Assembly: GCA_031266345.1 (NCBI GenBank) | Contig: JAISBD010000023.1 | Span: 6,289-70,288, forward strand | Length of the DNA stretch: 64,000 nt | Direction: 5' to 3' | Source of the DNA: Puniceicoccales bacterium | GTDB lineage: Bacteria > Verrucomicrobiota > Verrucomicrobiia > Opitutales > JAIRKQ01 | Shown: positions 23,101 through 31,991 of the stretch, piece by piece | How positions within the stretch are numbered: the stretch's first letter is position 1 | How the letters are laid out: each line of letters opens with the position of its first letter | Position numbers and translations under genes: made by a program | The notes under the pieces: generated by a model | What the model was told of the DNA's origin: nothing | The model's database searches: none | The model's input: the letters and a program-made list of their open reading frames with translations, nothing else

Positions 23101-23886
23101 TTTTAGGAGAGTTTTTCCGATGTTATCATAGGCACGGGCGATGACGATTCCCTGGTGAACATCGATGATGTCGTCCGTCAAAACGTAATTTATCAGCGAA
23201 TCCCTCTTCAATAGCTCATCGACATCGGATTCCTCAATCCTGTAAAACAGAGACAAAATATCGTGGTCAGAGCTGTATCCAAATGCACGCAACAACGTGG
23301 TAACAAGAAACTTGCGCCGCCTATGCCTGCGGTCGAGATACACATAGATGAGGTCATTTTGGTCCGTTTGGACCTCAATCCATGTCCCGCGATCGGGCAT
23401 AACTCTGAAGGCGTACAAATTTTTGCCGCTAGTGTGTTGCGTAACTTCAAAACATATCCCGGGCGACCGGTGTAGCTGGCTAACAACGACGCGCTCCGCC
23501 CCGCTAATTATGAACGATCCGCGCTTGCTCATCAGAGGAATTTCTCCGATGTAAATTTCTTCCTCGCGGGACTCATCGGCACTTGTCAGCTTCAGTGTTA
23601 TGTATAGGGGAGCCCCGAACGTTGTCCCTTCCTTCAGGCAAAAATATTCGGAATATTTGGCAGGTGCGACCCTGTAGGATAGGTAATCCAGCGAGACACT
23701 GCCATCGTAGCTAGTTATCGGAAACGCATCCCGAAAAACAGACTCCAAACCAACATTGCGCCGCTCTTTCACGTCCACATCCTGCTGCAAAAACTCCTTA
23801 AAAGAATTTACTTGGCTTTCAATGAGGTAAGGCGGCGTTATGACCTCTTTCAGCTTCCCAAAATTAACGCGATGGATATCCGACAT
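20107..23886 (-). CDS. rpoB: DNA-directed RNA polymerase subunit beta
   Basis: 1259 aa. ...[27 protein letters not shown]..., [15 protein letters not shown], ...MNVGQILE... Confidence 0.97.
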   Translation of the reverse strand: [1259 protein letters not shown]

Positions 23887-24004
23887 ATTTAAAAAATTTA
23901 CAAAAATTCACATGACACAAACTCCGATGGTCATCGCAAAAACAGCGCTGACCTCACTGACCTCACTAAGTTTCAGATTTTTGACTGAAAATTTCTAATC
24001 CCGT

Positions 24005-24385
24005 CTACTTCAGCTCCACGGAAGCACCAGCGCTTTCCAATTTGCTCTTCATCGCAGCCGCATCAGCCTTAGATACGCCTTCCTTCAAAGGCTTTGGTGC
24101 ACTTTCCACCAAATCCTTTGCCTCTTTCAGTCCAAGACCGGTTAACTCGCGCACAGCCTTGATAACCTCGATCTTTTTGTCACCAGCCGCCTTCAATATT
24201 ACCGAAAATTCAGTCTGTTCCTCCTGGGGCGCAGCGGCAGCGGCTACGGGCGCCGCAGCCACGGCTATAGGTGCCGCAGCGCTAACACCCCACTTGTTTT
24301 CGAGTTCCTTCACCAGGGCCGCAATCTCGAGTACGGACTGCGAACTCAACCATTCGATAACTTCTTCTTTCGTTATATTTGCCAT
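24005..24385 (-). CDS. rplL: 50S ribosomal protein L7/L12
   Basis: Ala-rich hinge plus [45 protein letters not shown]. Confidence 0.95.
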   Translation of the reverse strand: MANITKEEVIEWLSSQSVLEIAALVKELENKWGVSAAAPIAVAAAPVAAAAAPQEEQTEFSVILKAAGDKKIEVIKAVRELTGLGLKEAKDLVESAPKPLKEGVSKADAAAMKSKLESAGASVELK

Positions 24386-24478
24386 TTTATCTCTCTCCTG
24401 AAAGCTACACTAGCGAATTTCAAAAACTCATTTAAGGGCACCTCCCCTAGCGCAACATCCATTGTTTTATTAAAAATT

Positions 24479-24991
24479 TTACATTTCAGCCCTTGCTTGC
24501 AAAACATTCAACATGCCCTGCGGCACAGCATTCAACACGCGCACGCACTGCTGGGCAGGGGCACTCAATGTGGCCAACAATTGACCGCGTAGAACTTCCT
24601 TGGAAGGTAGCTCGGCAAGTGCATCAATATCGCTGCAAGATAGCGCTTCGCTGTCCAAAACACCACCCTTTACGATAAATTTTTCACCGTTGGAACTTTT
24701 GTTAAATTTTTTTATAATTTTTGCAACTCCAGATGGATTATCCCCGCCAACTATAATGGCATTTTGTCCCTGCAAAATATCCTTAGCTATGGGCAAGGAG
24801 TGCTCACTTGCTGCGATACTCAGAATAGAATTCTTTACCACATGGAACTCTCCCGCCTCTTTGGCGAGCTCCCGCCTCAGTTTCGTGACCTCCTTTACGG
24901 TCACTTTGGAAAAATCAGCTATAAAAACGTAATTCGACTTATCGAGTTGGCTGCGTATCCATTTGGCTAAAAGCTCCTTTTCATCTCTCAT
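24479..24991 (-). CDS. rplJ: 50S ribosomal protein L10
   Basis: Position is between rplA and rplL. ...VTVKEVTKLRRELAKEAGEFHVVKNSI... Confidence 0.9.
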   Translation of the reverse strand: MRDEKELLAKWIRSQLDKSNYVFIADFSKVTVKEVTKLRRELAKEAGEFHVVKNSILSIAASEHSLPIAKDILQGQNAIIVGGDNPSGVAKIIKKFNKSSNGEKFIVKGGVLDSEALSCSDIDALAELPSKEVLRGQLLATLSAPAQQCVRVLNAVPQGMLNVLQARAEM

Positions 24992-25004
24992 TTTTGCGCC
25001 TTGT

Positions 25005-25697
25005 TTAAAATTTTGAGTATATTTTAGCCGATAGTTTTATGCCTGGGCTCATCGTTGCGCTGAGGGACATTGACCTGATAAACTTGCCTTTAAACTCCTG
25101 GGGGCGCAACTTCGATAAAACATCAATGGCCGCCTCAATGTTTTCGGATAATTTTTCCTGAGGAAATGAGACCTTGCCAACAATGATCGACACATTCGCG
25201 CTCTTATCCATCTTGAACTCGACTCGACCAGCCTTGACGGCGCCTATCGCCTCCGCCAAATTATCGGTTACGGTGCCAGTTTTGGGGTTTGGCATCATGC
25301 CGCGAGGCCCAAGGATACGCGCAACGGAGCGCACTTCCTTCATCGCTGAGGTCGTGGCAACGGCAACGTCAAACCCAAGCCAGCCTCCATTGATTTTTTC
25401 AATCATATCCTGCAATCCAGCGAAATCTGCCCCGCCACTCAAGGCTCCTTGCGCATCTTCCGTAAATGCCAGAACGCGAACACTTTTCCCACTGCCATTT
25501 GGCAGCGAAACCGTCCCCCTAACCATCTGGTCACTCTGCTTTGGATCAACTCCAAGGTGCGCTGATATGGACACCGTTTCGTCGAAACGTGCCTTTGGCA
25601 TCCGGCCCAGTATTTCCACGGCTTCGTTCACCTGATATTCTTCCCTCAGGTTTTCAGCCTCCTGTGCCCGCATATGTCGCTTACTTGACTTTTTCAT
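25005..25697 (-). CDS. rplA: 50S ribosomal protein L1
   Basis: ATG at 25697 (MKKSSKRH...) avoids a 14-nt overlap with rplK. ...FDETVSISAHLGVDPKQSDQMVRGTVSLPNG..., LGPRGMMPNPKTGTVT. Confidence 0.93.
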   Translation of the reverse strand: MKKSSKRHMRAQEAENLREEYQVNEAVEILGRMPKARFDETVSISAHLGVDPKQSDQMVRGTVSLPNGSGKSVRVLAFTEDAQGALSGGADFAGLQDMIEKINGGWLGFDVAVATTSAMKEVRSVARILGPRGMMPNPKTGTVTDNLAEAIGAVKAGRVEFKMDKSANVSIIVGKVSFPQEKLSENIEAAIDVLSKLRPQEFKGKFIRSMSLSATMSPGIKLSAKIYSKF

Positions 25698-25707
25698 AGT
25701 AAAATTT

Positions 25708-26130
25708 TTATTCAATTTCAATGCCCATGCTGCGGGCGGTTCCCTCGATAATTTTAGCGGCGGCTTCGAGCGAATTGGCGTTTAGGTCCTCCATCTTAGT
25801 TTCGGCAATTTTCAAAACATCAGCCCTAGTCACCTTGCCGACCTTGGTACGATTTGGCACACCGGAAGCCTTATCTATTCCGGCTGCTTTTTTCAACAGC
25901 ACGGAGGCGGGTGGCGACTTCAAAATAAAACTGAAAGACTTGTCGGCGTACACCGATATGACAACGGGTAAAATTAAGCCGTTTTGATCCTTGGTCTTGG
26001 CATTGAATTCCTTGCAAAAACCCATTATGTTCACCCCCGCAGCACCAAGCGCAGGGCCTACCGGCGGCGCAGGGCTAGCTGCCCCAGCGGGAAGCTGCAA
26101 CTTTATTTCTTTGACAACTTTTTTTGCCAT
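25708..26130 (-). CDS. rplK: 50S ribosomal protein L11
   Basis: [43 protein letters not shown]. Confidence 0.95.
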   Translation of the reverse strand: MAKKVVKEIKLQLPAGAASPAPPVGPALGAAGVNIMGFCKEFNAKTKDQNGLILPVVISVYADKSFSFILKSPPASVLLKKAAGIDKASGVPNRTKVGKVTRADVLKIAETKMEDLNANSLEAAAKIIEGTARSMGIEIE

Positions 26131-26148
26131 CTCATGTCCTAAGTTTCA

Positions 26149-26727
26149 TCAATTATCACCAGCCTCAACCCTTTTCACCTGCCAAAATTCTAGGTCCACC
26201 GGAGTGAGCCGCCCAAACATCGACACTTGTACTCGAAGCCTGCCAGTTTCAGTATCAATCGCTTCTACCTCGCCTGTCAAGTTTAAAAATGGCCCATCGT
26301 TAATTTTTACAATTTCACCAATGTTATAGGAGAATTTTGGCACACTTTTTCCCTCCATAGCCTGCATCTTAGCCATTATGTCACTGATTTCATTCTCCTT
26401 AAGTGCCACCGGATTGTTGTTGCCCACGAAGCGCACAACCCCGTTGGCATTTCTGATCAGCTGCCAGGGGGTTTGCAAAATTTCACCATTTTTGTCGCAC
26501 ATTTTCATGTGTATAAAAACATAGCCGGGGTAAAACTTGCGCGTGCGCGTATGTTTCTTTCCATTTTTTATCTCAGAAACTGTTTCCGAGGGGATTAGGA
26601 TTTCGGAAATTAGGTCCCCCAAATTATTCTCCCTTATGATGGTCTCAATGCTAGTTTTGACCTTATATTCCTGATTCGACAGGGTCTGCAACGCAAACCA
26701 TTTTGCCTCCGGTAAATCTTCGTACAT
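26149..26727 (-). CDS. nusG: transcription termination/antitermination factor NusG
   Basis: KWFALQTLSNQEYKV..., YPGYVFIHM, C-terminal KOW (GEIVKINDGPFLNLTGEVEAID). secE-nusG-rplK context. Confidence 0.93.
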   Translation of the reverse strand: MYEDLPEAKWFALQTLSNQEYKVKTSIETIIRENNLGDLISEILIPSETVSEIKNGKKHTRTRKFYPGYVFIHMKMCDKNGEILQTPWQLIRNANGVVRFVGNNNPVALKENEISDIMAKMQAMEGKSVPKFSYNIGEIVKINDGPFLNLTGEVEAIDTETGRLRVQVSMFGRLTPVDLEFWQVKRVEAGDN

Positions 26728-26745
26728 TTTCGCCTGGATCCTATA

Positions 26746-26949
26746 TTAGCTAGCCATCGAGTGAATTAACTTGATTCCGTGAAAAAACGAAAAATCAAGC
26801 ACACTAACATAGGCACCAAAAAGAAGCATCGCCACAACAACAATTATGGTGGATTGGCGCAGCACCTTCCCCGTTGGCCACGTCGACTTTTTCAGCTCAA
26901 TGACTATCTCCGCAAAAAATTGCTTAACTTTTTTAAATGAAACTTTCAT
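26746..26949 (-). CDS. secE: preprotein translocase subunit SecE
   Basis: 67 aa with a single C-terminal TM. ...ELKKSTWPTGKVL... Lies between tRNA-Trp and nusG. Confidence 0.82.
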   Translation of the reverse strand: MKVSFKKVKQFFAEIVIELKKSTWPTGKVLRQSTIIVVVAMLLFGAYVSVLDFSFFHGIKLIHSMAS

Positions 26950-26968
26950 ATCTTAGTGAAATTTACCT

Positions 26969-27044
<76 letters not shown>

Positions 27045-27081
27045 AGGATTGATAGAAATTACTAATTTTCGCAATTTAATC

Positions 27082-28272
27082 TCAGACATTAATCTCCGTT
27101 ATGCGGCCAGCGCCTATGGTATGTCCACCTTCGCGGATGGCAAAACGCTGCCCTTTTTCCATGGCGATCGGCTTCTGCAACTCCACTTCCACGCCTAAGT
27201 TGTCCCCAGGCATTACCATTTCAACGCCTTCCGGTAGGTGCACAACTCCGGTGACGTCGGCCGTACCAAAGAAGAATTGCGGACGATAGCCATTAAAAAA
27301 TGGAGTATGCCTGCCGCCCTCGTCCTTCGTCAATACGTAAACTTCCGCTTTGCCGCGCGTGTGAGGCTTTATCGAGCCGGGTTTTGCCAAAACATTGCCC
27401 CGCTCAATTTGATTTTTTTCTATGCCGCGTAGCAATATGCCGACGTTATCGCCAGCCTGCCCCTGTTCGAGCAACTTGCGAAACATTTCAATGCCGGTAC
27501 ACGTTGTCTTGCGAGTTTCATTTAGGCCAACGATCTCCACTTCTTCGCCCACCTTTATGCAGCCACGCTCAATCCTGCCGGTGGCCACCGTACCACGCCC
27601 AGTTATGGAAAACACATCCTCCACCGCCATGAGGAAGGGTTTGTCGATATCCCGTATGGGCACGGGGATGTCCTTATCGAGAGCCGCCAGCAGCCTATTG
27701 ATTGCTTCAACTCCTTCGCTCTTGTCTTCCAAAGCCGCCAGTGCGGAGCCGCGTATGATGGTAATGTCGTCACCCTTGTACTCGTATTTAGTCAGCAAGT
27801 CGCGAACTTCCATCTCGACGAGGTCCAACAACTCCGGATCGTCCAATAAATCAACCTTATTGAGAAAAACAACGATATTCGGAACACCAACCTGGCGGGC
27901 AAGAAGGATGTGTTCGCGGGTTTGTGGCATGGGACCGTCATAGGCACTGACGACCAATATCGCACCGTCCATCTGAGCCGCACCGGTGATCATATTCTTA
28001 ACAAAATCAGCGTGCCCCGGGCAGTCGACGTGGGCATAATGCCTATTTTCACTTTCATACTCAACGTGTGAAACGGCAATCGTGACGGTTTTGCTGGCAT
28101 CGCGCACCGTTCCCCCCTTTGTGACATCTGCGTATGACTTAAACTTAGCCAACCCTTTGTCAGACTGAACCTTCAACAAAGCCGTCGTTAGAGTTGACTT
28201 ACCATGGTCAACGTGACCGATGGTGCCGACATTAACGTGAGGCTTCGTTCTCTCGAATGTTTCCTTTGCCAT
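27082..28272 (-). CDS. tuf: elongation factor Tu (atypical switch I segment)
   Basis: [45 protein letters not shown]. 396 aa. Confidence 0.97.
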   Translation of the reverse strand: MAKETFERTKPHVNVGTIGHVDHGKSTLTTALLKVQSDKGLAKFKSYADVTKGGTVRDASKTVTIAVSHVEYESENRHYAHVDCPGHADFVKNMITGAAQMDGAILVVSAYDGPMPQTREHILLARQVGVPNIVVFLNKVDLLDDPELLDLVEMEVRDLLTKYEYKGDDITIIRGSALAALEDKSEGVEAINRLLAALDKDIPVPIRDIDKPFLMAVEDVFSITGRGTVATGRIERGCIKVGEEVEIVGLNETRKTTCTGIEMFRKLLEQGQAGDNVGILLRGIEKNQIERGNVLAKPGSIKPHTRGKAEVYVLTKDEGGRHTPFFNGYRPQFFFGTADVTGVVHLPEGVEMVMPGDNLGVEVELQKPIAMEKGQRFAIREGGHTIGAGRITEINV

Positions 28273-28315
28273 TTTGTTCCTTTTTTCTCTTTAAAAATTC
28301 TAAATACTATAAGAC

Positions 28316-28391
<76 letters not shown>

Positions 28392-28611
28392 ACATGCCCA
28401 AAGCAATCCAAAAGAATCACTCGGAGACCAATCAGCAGCACTCTGCATGGCTATTCGCAAACGTCAACACTTATTTCAAAAAACAAATTTAATCACCATT
28501 TCATAGCCACAATTGCAAACTTTATTGCTTATTTTTATAGCCTACAGTGAACATGTAGTCCCAAAAATAAACTAGGTCAAAAATTTTGAAAATAAGCGAG
28601 AACTCAGGTAG

Positions 28612-29421
28612 TCAGCAAACTGACAGCTCCACTGCGAATGACTCCCCTTCGTTGGGTTGGATGCAACGGTAGTGCGACCAATCCTTGAAATCGGCGTCAC
28701 AGTTGGGCAAGTCGGGCATGCAAAGAAATTCAACGCAGCCCCGCTTTTCACCCCGCCTCAGGGCAAAATAGGCCCGGGGATATTTTCCGCAGAATATTAG
28801 GGACAGGGCTTCTTCCTCGTTCTTCGTTACTAGGGAAGCTTTGTAATCCTGCATGGCGCTGATTGCTAAGACGTTGCCCTCCGGCAGAACGACTGGAATT
28901 TTATCCCCGCATTTCGCCGATTCTATGAGGGATAAATCTTCGTTTAGGAGAAATTTTTTCTTCGCTTTGCTGCGGATTGAGTATTGGTCAAGGGTCAAGT
29001 CGCTGTGCCAGGGGATGCGAATCGGCATGCGGATTAGGGGGCACCAGTGCAGCGGAAATGTGCCAACGTTATCCAGACTGATTTCGAAACGCATGGATAA
29101 ATCTGATAATCTATAGCTAATCTTCGGTATGCATGGGTGGCAGAGCTCGGAATCTTTGGGCCCAAACGCTAGGCAATCCCCCTCGGCGGGGTAGCGCACA
29201 AATTCAATGTCGGCGAAGGCAAGTTCTCCCAAACCGGCCACGGGCATGGCCCGCGCATTGAGCTGCCACTGGGAACCGATGCCGCTGAAAAGGACGTCGC
29301 GCCAAGAAGAATCCGCTAAGCCTATTTGCCACCCCATCAAGCGCGCAGAGCCATCCCCAGCGATAAAATAGCGGGACGGCCCAACATCGATTTGCAATAT
29401 ATCAGCTTCCTGATTCTCCAT
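28612..29421 (-). CDS. hypothetical protein (weak resemblance to aldose-1-epimerase/mutarotase-fold proteins)
   Basis: 269-aa ORF packed 14 nt downstream of the GalE-like gene. The functional guess rests only on neighbourhood and loose motif resemblance (..CHPCIP.., beta-rich). Confidence 0.45.
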   Translation of the reverse strand: MENQEADILQIDVGPSRYFIAGDGSARLMGWQIGLADSSWRDVLFSGIGSQWQLNARAMPVAGLGELAFADIEFVRYPAEGDCLAFGPKDSELCHPCIPKISYRLSDLSMRFEISLDNVGTFPLHWCPLIRMPIRIPWHSDLTLDQYSIRSKAKKKFLLNEDLSLIESAKCGDKIPVVLPEGNVLAISAMQDYKASLVTKNEEEALSLIFCGKYPRAYFALRRGEKRGCVEFLCMPDLPNCDADFKDWSHYRCIQPNEGESFAVELSVC

Positions 29422-29435
29422 GGCACAAACAATGC

Positions 29436-30413
29436 CTATGCTTTCTCGGCATTCAACTCAAAATTTTTCCAAATGGAAAGTATTATATCTTTCAAGGTTT
29501 CATACTTGGGGCGCCAATCGAGGGTCGTCCGCGTCCTAAAAGCATCGAAATAGAGGCGGTCGGCATCGCCCTCCCTCTCGGGAAAATCCTCAATTTCGAT
29601 CGTTTTTCCGATAATTTCCTGGGCACAACCTATTACTTCTTTCACGGAAATCGCCTTGCCAAGACCAACGTTGAAAATTTGCTTTTCCCGGCGCACCTCC
29701 AGGTGGGGCATGACGCGCAAGCATGCGTCACAAAAATCATCAACGTGCAGATAATCGCGGGATGCCGTGCCATCGATCGTGGGATAGGAAGTGCCGTAGA
29801 TGTCAATTTTCTCCCGCTTCCCCAGGGCAAACTCTATGATGGATGGAATCAGACCAACGCCAAGATTTTCAATGAAGTGTTTGTGCTCGCTGGTACTCAA
29901 ACCGGCTAAATTCGATGCCCGCATGATGGCGTAGCTTATGCCGTGTGTCAGACGATAAGATTCCAGCATCCCCTCAAAAAATAATTGGGAATAGCCCAGC
30001 GGATTGATGGGAGCTTTGGTTGTATAGTCTGTGATTGGCAGCTTGTCCTGGGCGCCAAAAACCGAGGCCGAAGAGATGTAAATTATTTTTTTGACATTGT
30101 GATCCAGGAGAGTGTTCAGCAAAAAAATGCCCCCCACCACATTGTTTGAATAATATTTCATCGGTGTGGCGACCGCCTCGTCAATGCGCGAAAACCCACC
30201 GGCACATACAACCATTTCGATGTGCTCCTTGCGTAAAACATCGCCCATGAGACCAATGTTCCCGCTGTCCCCTTTGTAAAATGAAATGGTGTAGTCGAGC
30301 AGCGATGGTACTTGAACGGTGTCCACAACGGAAATGCGGTGCCCGCAGGACTTTAGTGCTTTCACCAGGTGATACCCAACGTAGCCAGACCCACCGATTA
30401 CTAATATATTCAT
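29436..30413 (-). CDS. NAD-dependent epimerase/dehydratase family protein (GalE-like extended SDR, catalytic YxxxK not in register)
   Basis: ATG at 30413: MNILVIGGSGYVGYHLVKAL (Rossmann GxxGxxG). Overall GalE-like layout. The track's 48-aa extension overlaps the upstream gene. Confidence 0.82.
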   Translation of the reverse strand: MNILVIGGSGYVGYHLVKALKSCGHRISVVDTVQVPSLLDYTISFYKGDSGNIGLMGDVLRKEHIEMVVCAGGFSRIDEAVATPMKYYSNNVVGGIFLLNTLLDHNVKKIIYISSASVFGAQDKLPITDYTTKAPINPLGYSQLFFEGMLESYRLTHGISYAIMRASNLAGLSTSEHKHFIENLGVGLIPSIIEFALGKREKIDIYGTSYPTIDGTASRDYLHVDDFCDACLRVMPHLEVRREKQIFNVGLGKAISVKEVIGCAQEIIGKTIEIEDFPEREGDADRLYFDAFRTRTTLDWRPKYETLKDIILSIWKNFELNAEKA

Positions 30414-30459
30414 AAAATTTAAGTTTAATTTTCGGTGGAGTCTAGTAAAGTAAAATAAT

Positions 30460-31953
30460 TCATGGAGCTGACAATGCCTGCTCGCCTTTGGCAGGCTGCA
30501 CCGCGGCAGGTCCAACATTGTTTTCAACACTTTGGTCAACTTTCGCTTCGAAGCCATTCATGGCATTGAGCTGCTCCTTCGTGGCAATCGCCGTTGCAAC
30601 CAGGCGGCTATCCTCAAATTCAGCCACATAGCCCTCGTGTAGCAGCCAATTGAGGTCCCTTACAAACATCGACAAATTTTCATCCTTTTCGGACAGGGTA
30701 TCATCCGGTATGGCGGCGGCGGGATAAAGCTTTCGATAAATATCCATCGGTTTGCAGTTTTGGTTGGCCTCTATGCAATCAATCACCCGCTGAATGTTAT
30801 CATCGAAGCGGTCTTCAGTGGACCTGAACTTGCGTTTCACCGCACAGGTGTAAGTTATTTTCGATGCGGACCCGATCTTATAAATCGTAAATTTTTCGCG
30901 GCGCAGCTTGCTGCGGAGGTTATTGGCCAACCCAAGTGGGAACTTTTTTTCACGGAGAAACAGGATAAAAATAGATTTGCCCAGTATCCCGTGGGGCATT
31001 GCATTGAATGTCGTGCCCGTTATTCGGAAAGAATCCGCGACTTTTATGACTTGTTCCTTGAAATTTTCAAGGAAAAATTTCCGCACATCGGCCAAGCGCG
31101 TAAATCGCCTATCGATGCCCTCCACTTTGGGGATGTACACTTTTACCTTTGAAGCGGCGGCCTTCCACTCATCAATCGCCGCTTGGTCGGTTATGGACTC
31201 CACGCTTTCTTTGAACCGTTGAAAAGACATCTTCGGGCAATGCTCATCGTGGTGCTCCATCAAAATTTCCTGGTAGCGGTGATAATTTGGCGGACAAAGA
31301 ATTTGATTGGTTAACCCGCATTTGTGGAGGCAAATAAAAGTGCCATTGGGAGGTTCCACATTTTCCTCCACCACTTCGAAATATTTGTCACAATGGTTCG
31401 CCAAAACATGTCTGACTGCACTCTGCTCATCGGCAAAAATGAAGCCGTCATCCGCTGCTAGGTACAGGTTTTTGTCATCCTGAATCGGCGTTTTTTTTAT
31501 CACAGCGACGAAGCGTTCCGGTTTTTCCAGAAACAAGCGGGCAACATTGAAAAGTTCGTAAGTTTTGCAGGTCAGACGGAATGCTGCTATGGCGGTGCTA
31601 AAATATGAATCTTCGGGGTAAAAATTTGCCTCAACGATGGGGATGAATTCCTGATTTCTATCATTGAATTGCCGATTTTTCCGGAAATCTTGCCCATCGC
31701 GGCGGCGATTTCTATTGAATTGAAAATCCCCACCCATGCCTGGACCACGCTCGCTTCGATAGCCATTTTTCCTTTTTTCGCTCCCATCGGAGTGTTTCTT
31801 CCACTTCTCCTTTTGACCATCATGCCTATCCCTGAGGTCGTGGGAAAAATCCTCGCGTTCTCCGCCATCGTGTTTGCGCAACCTGCTCCCCCAGTCCGGC
31901 TCGAAGGAAAATTCCTTTAATCCGAGTAAATCCAAATCATCATCATCGCCCAT
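30460..31953 (-). CDS. hypothetical protein, 497 aa, Arg/Asp/Lys-rich low-complexity N-terminus
   Basis: Long uninterrupted ORF in operon-like array prmA/lipoprotein/this/GalE-like. No family recognised. Confidence 0.6.
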   Translation of the reverse strand: MGDDDDLDLLGLKEFSFEPDWGSRLRKHDGGEREDFSHDLRDRHDGQKEKWKKHSDGSEKRKNGYRSERGPGMGGDFQFNRNRRRDGQDFRKNRQFNDRNQEFIPIVEANFYPEDSYFSTAIAAFRLTCKTYELFNVARLFLEKPERFVAVIKKTPIQDDKNLYLAADDGFIFADEQSAVRHVLANHCDKYFEVVEENVEPPNGTFICLHKCGLTNQILCPPNYHRYQEILMEHHDEHCPKMSFQRFKESVESITDQAAIDEWKAAASKVKVYIPKVEGIDRRFTRLADVRKFFLENFKEQVIKVADSFRITGTTFNAMPHGILGKSIFILFLREKKFPLGLANNLRSKLRREKFTIYKIGSASKITYTCAVKRKFRSTEDRFDDNIQRVIDCIEANQNCKPMDIYRKLYPAAAIPDDTLSEKDENLSMFVRDLNWLLHEGYVAEFEDSRLVATAIATKEQLNAMNGFEAKVDQSVENNVGPAAVQPAKGEQALSAP

Positions 31954-31991
31954 ATCACCCTACTGCATATTAATTAAAAAATTTTACGGCA

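Noticed and set aside
23971-23990. Inverted repeat tttcag-N8-ctgaaa, plus the direct repeat ctgacctcactgacctcact, in the rplL-rpoB spacer; considered as the classical rplL-rpoB attenuator
   Set aside because: The stem is only 6 bp and AU-rich, with no following U-tract on the minus strand. That is too weak to annotate as a terminator.
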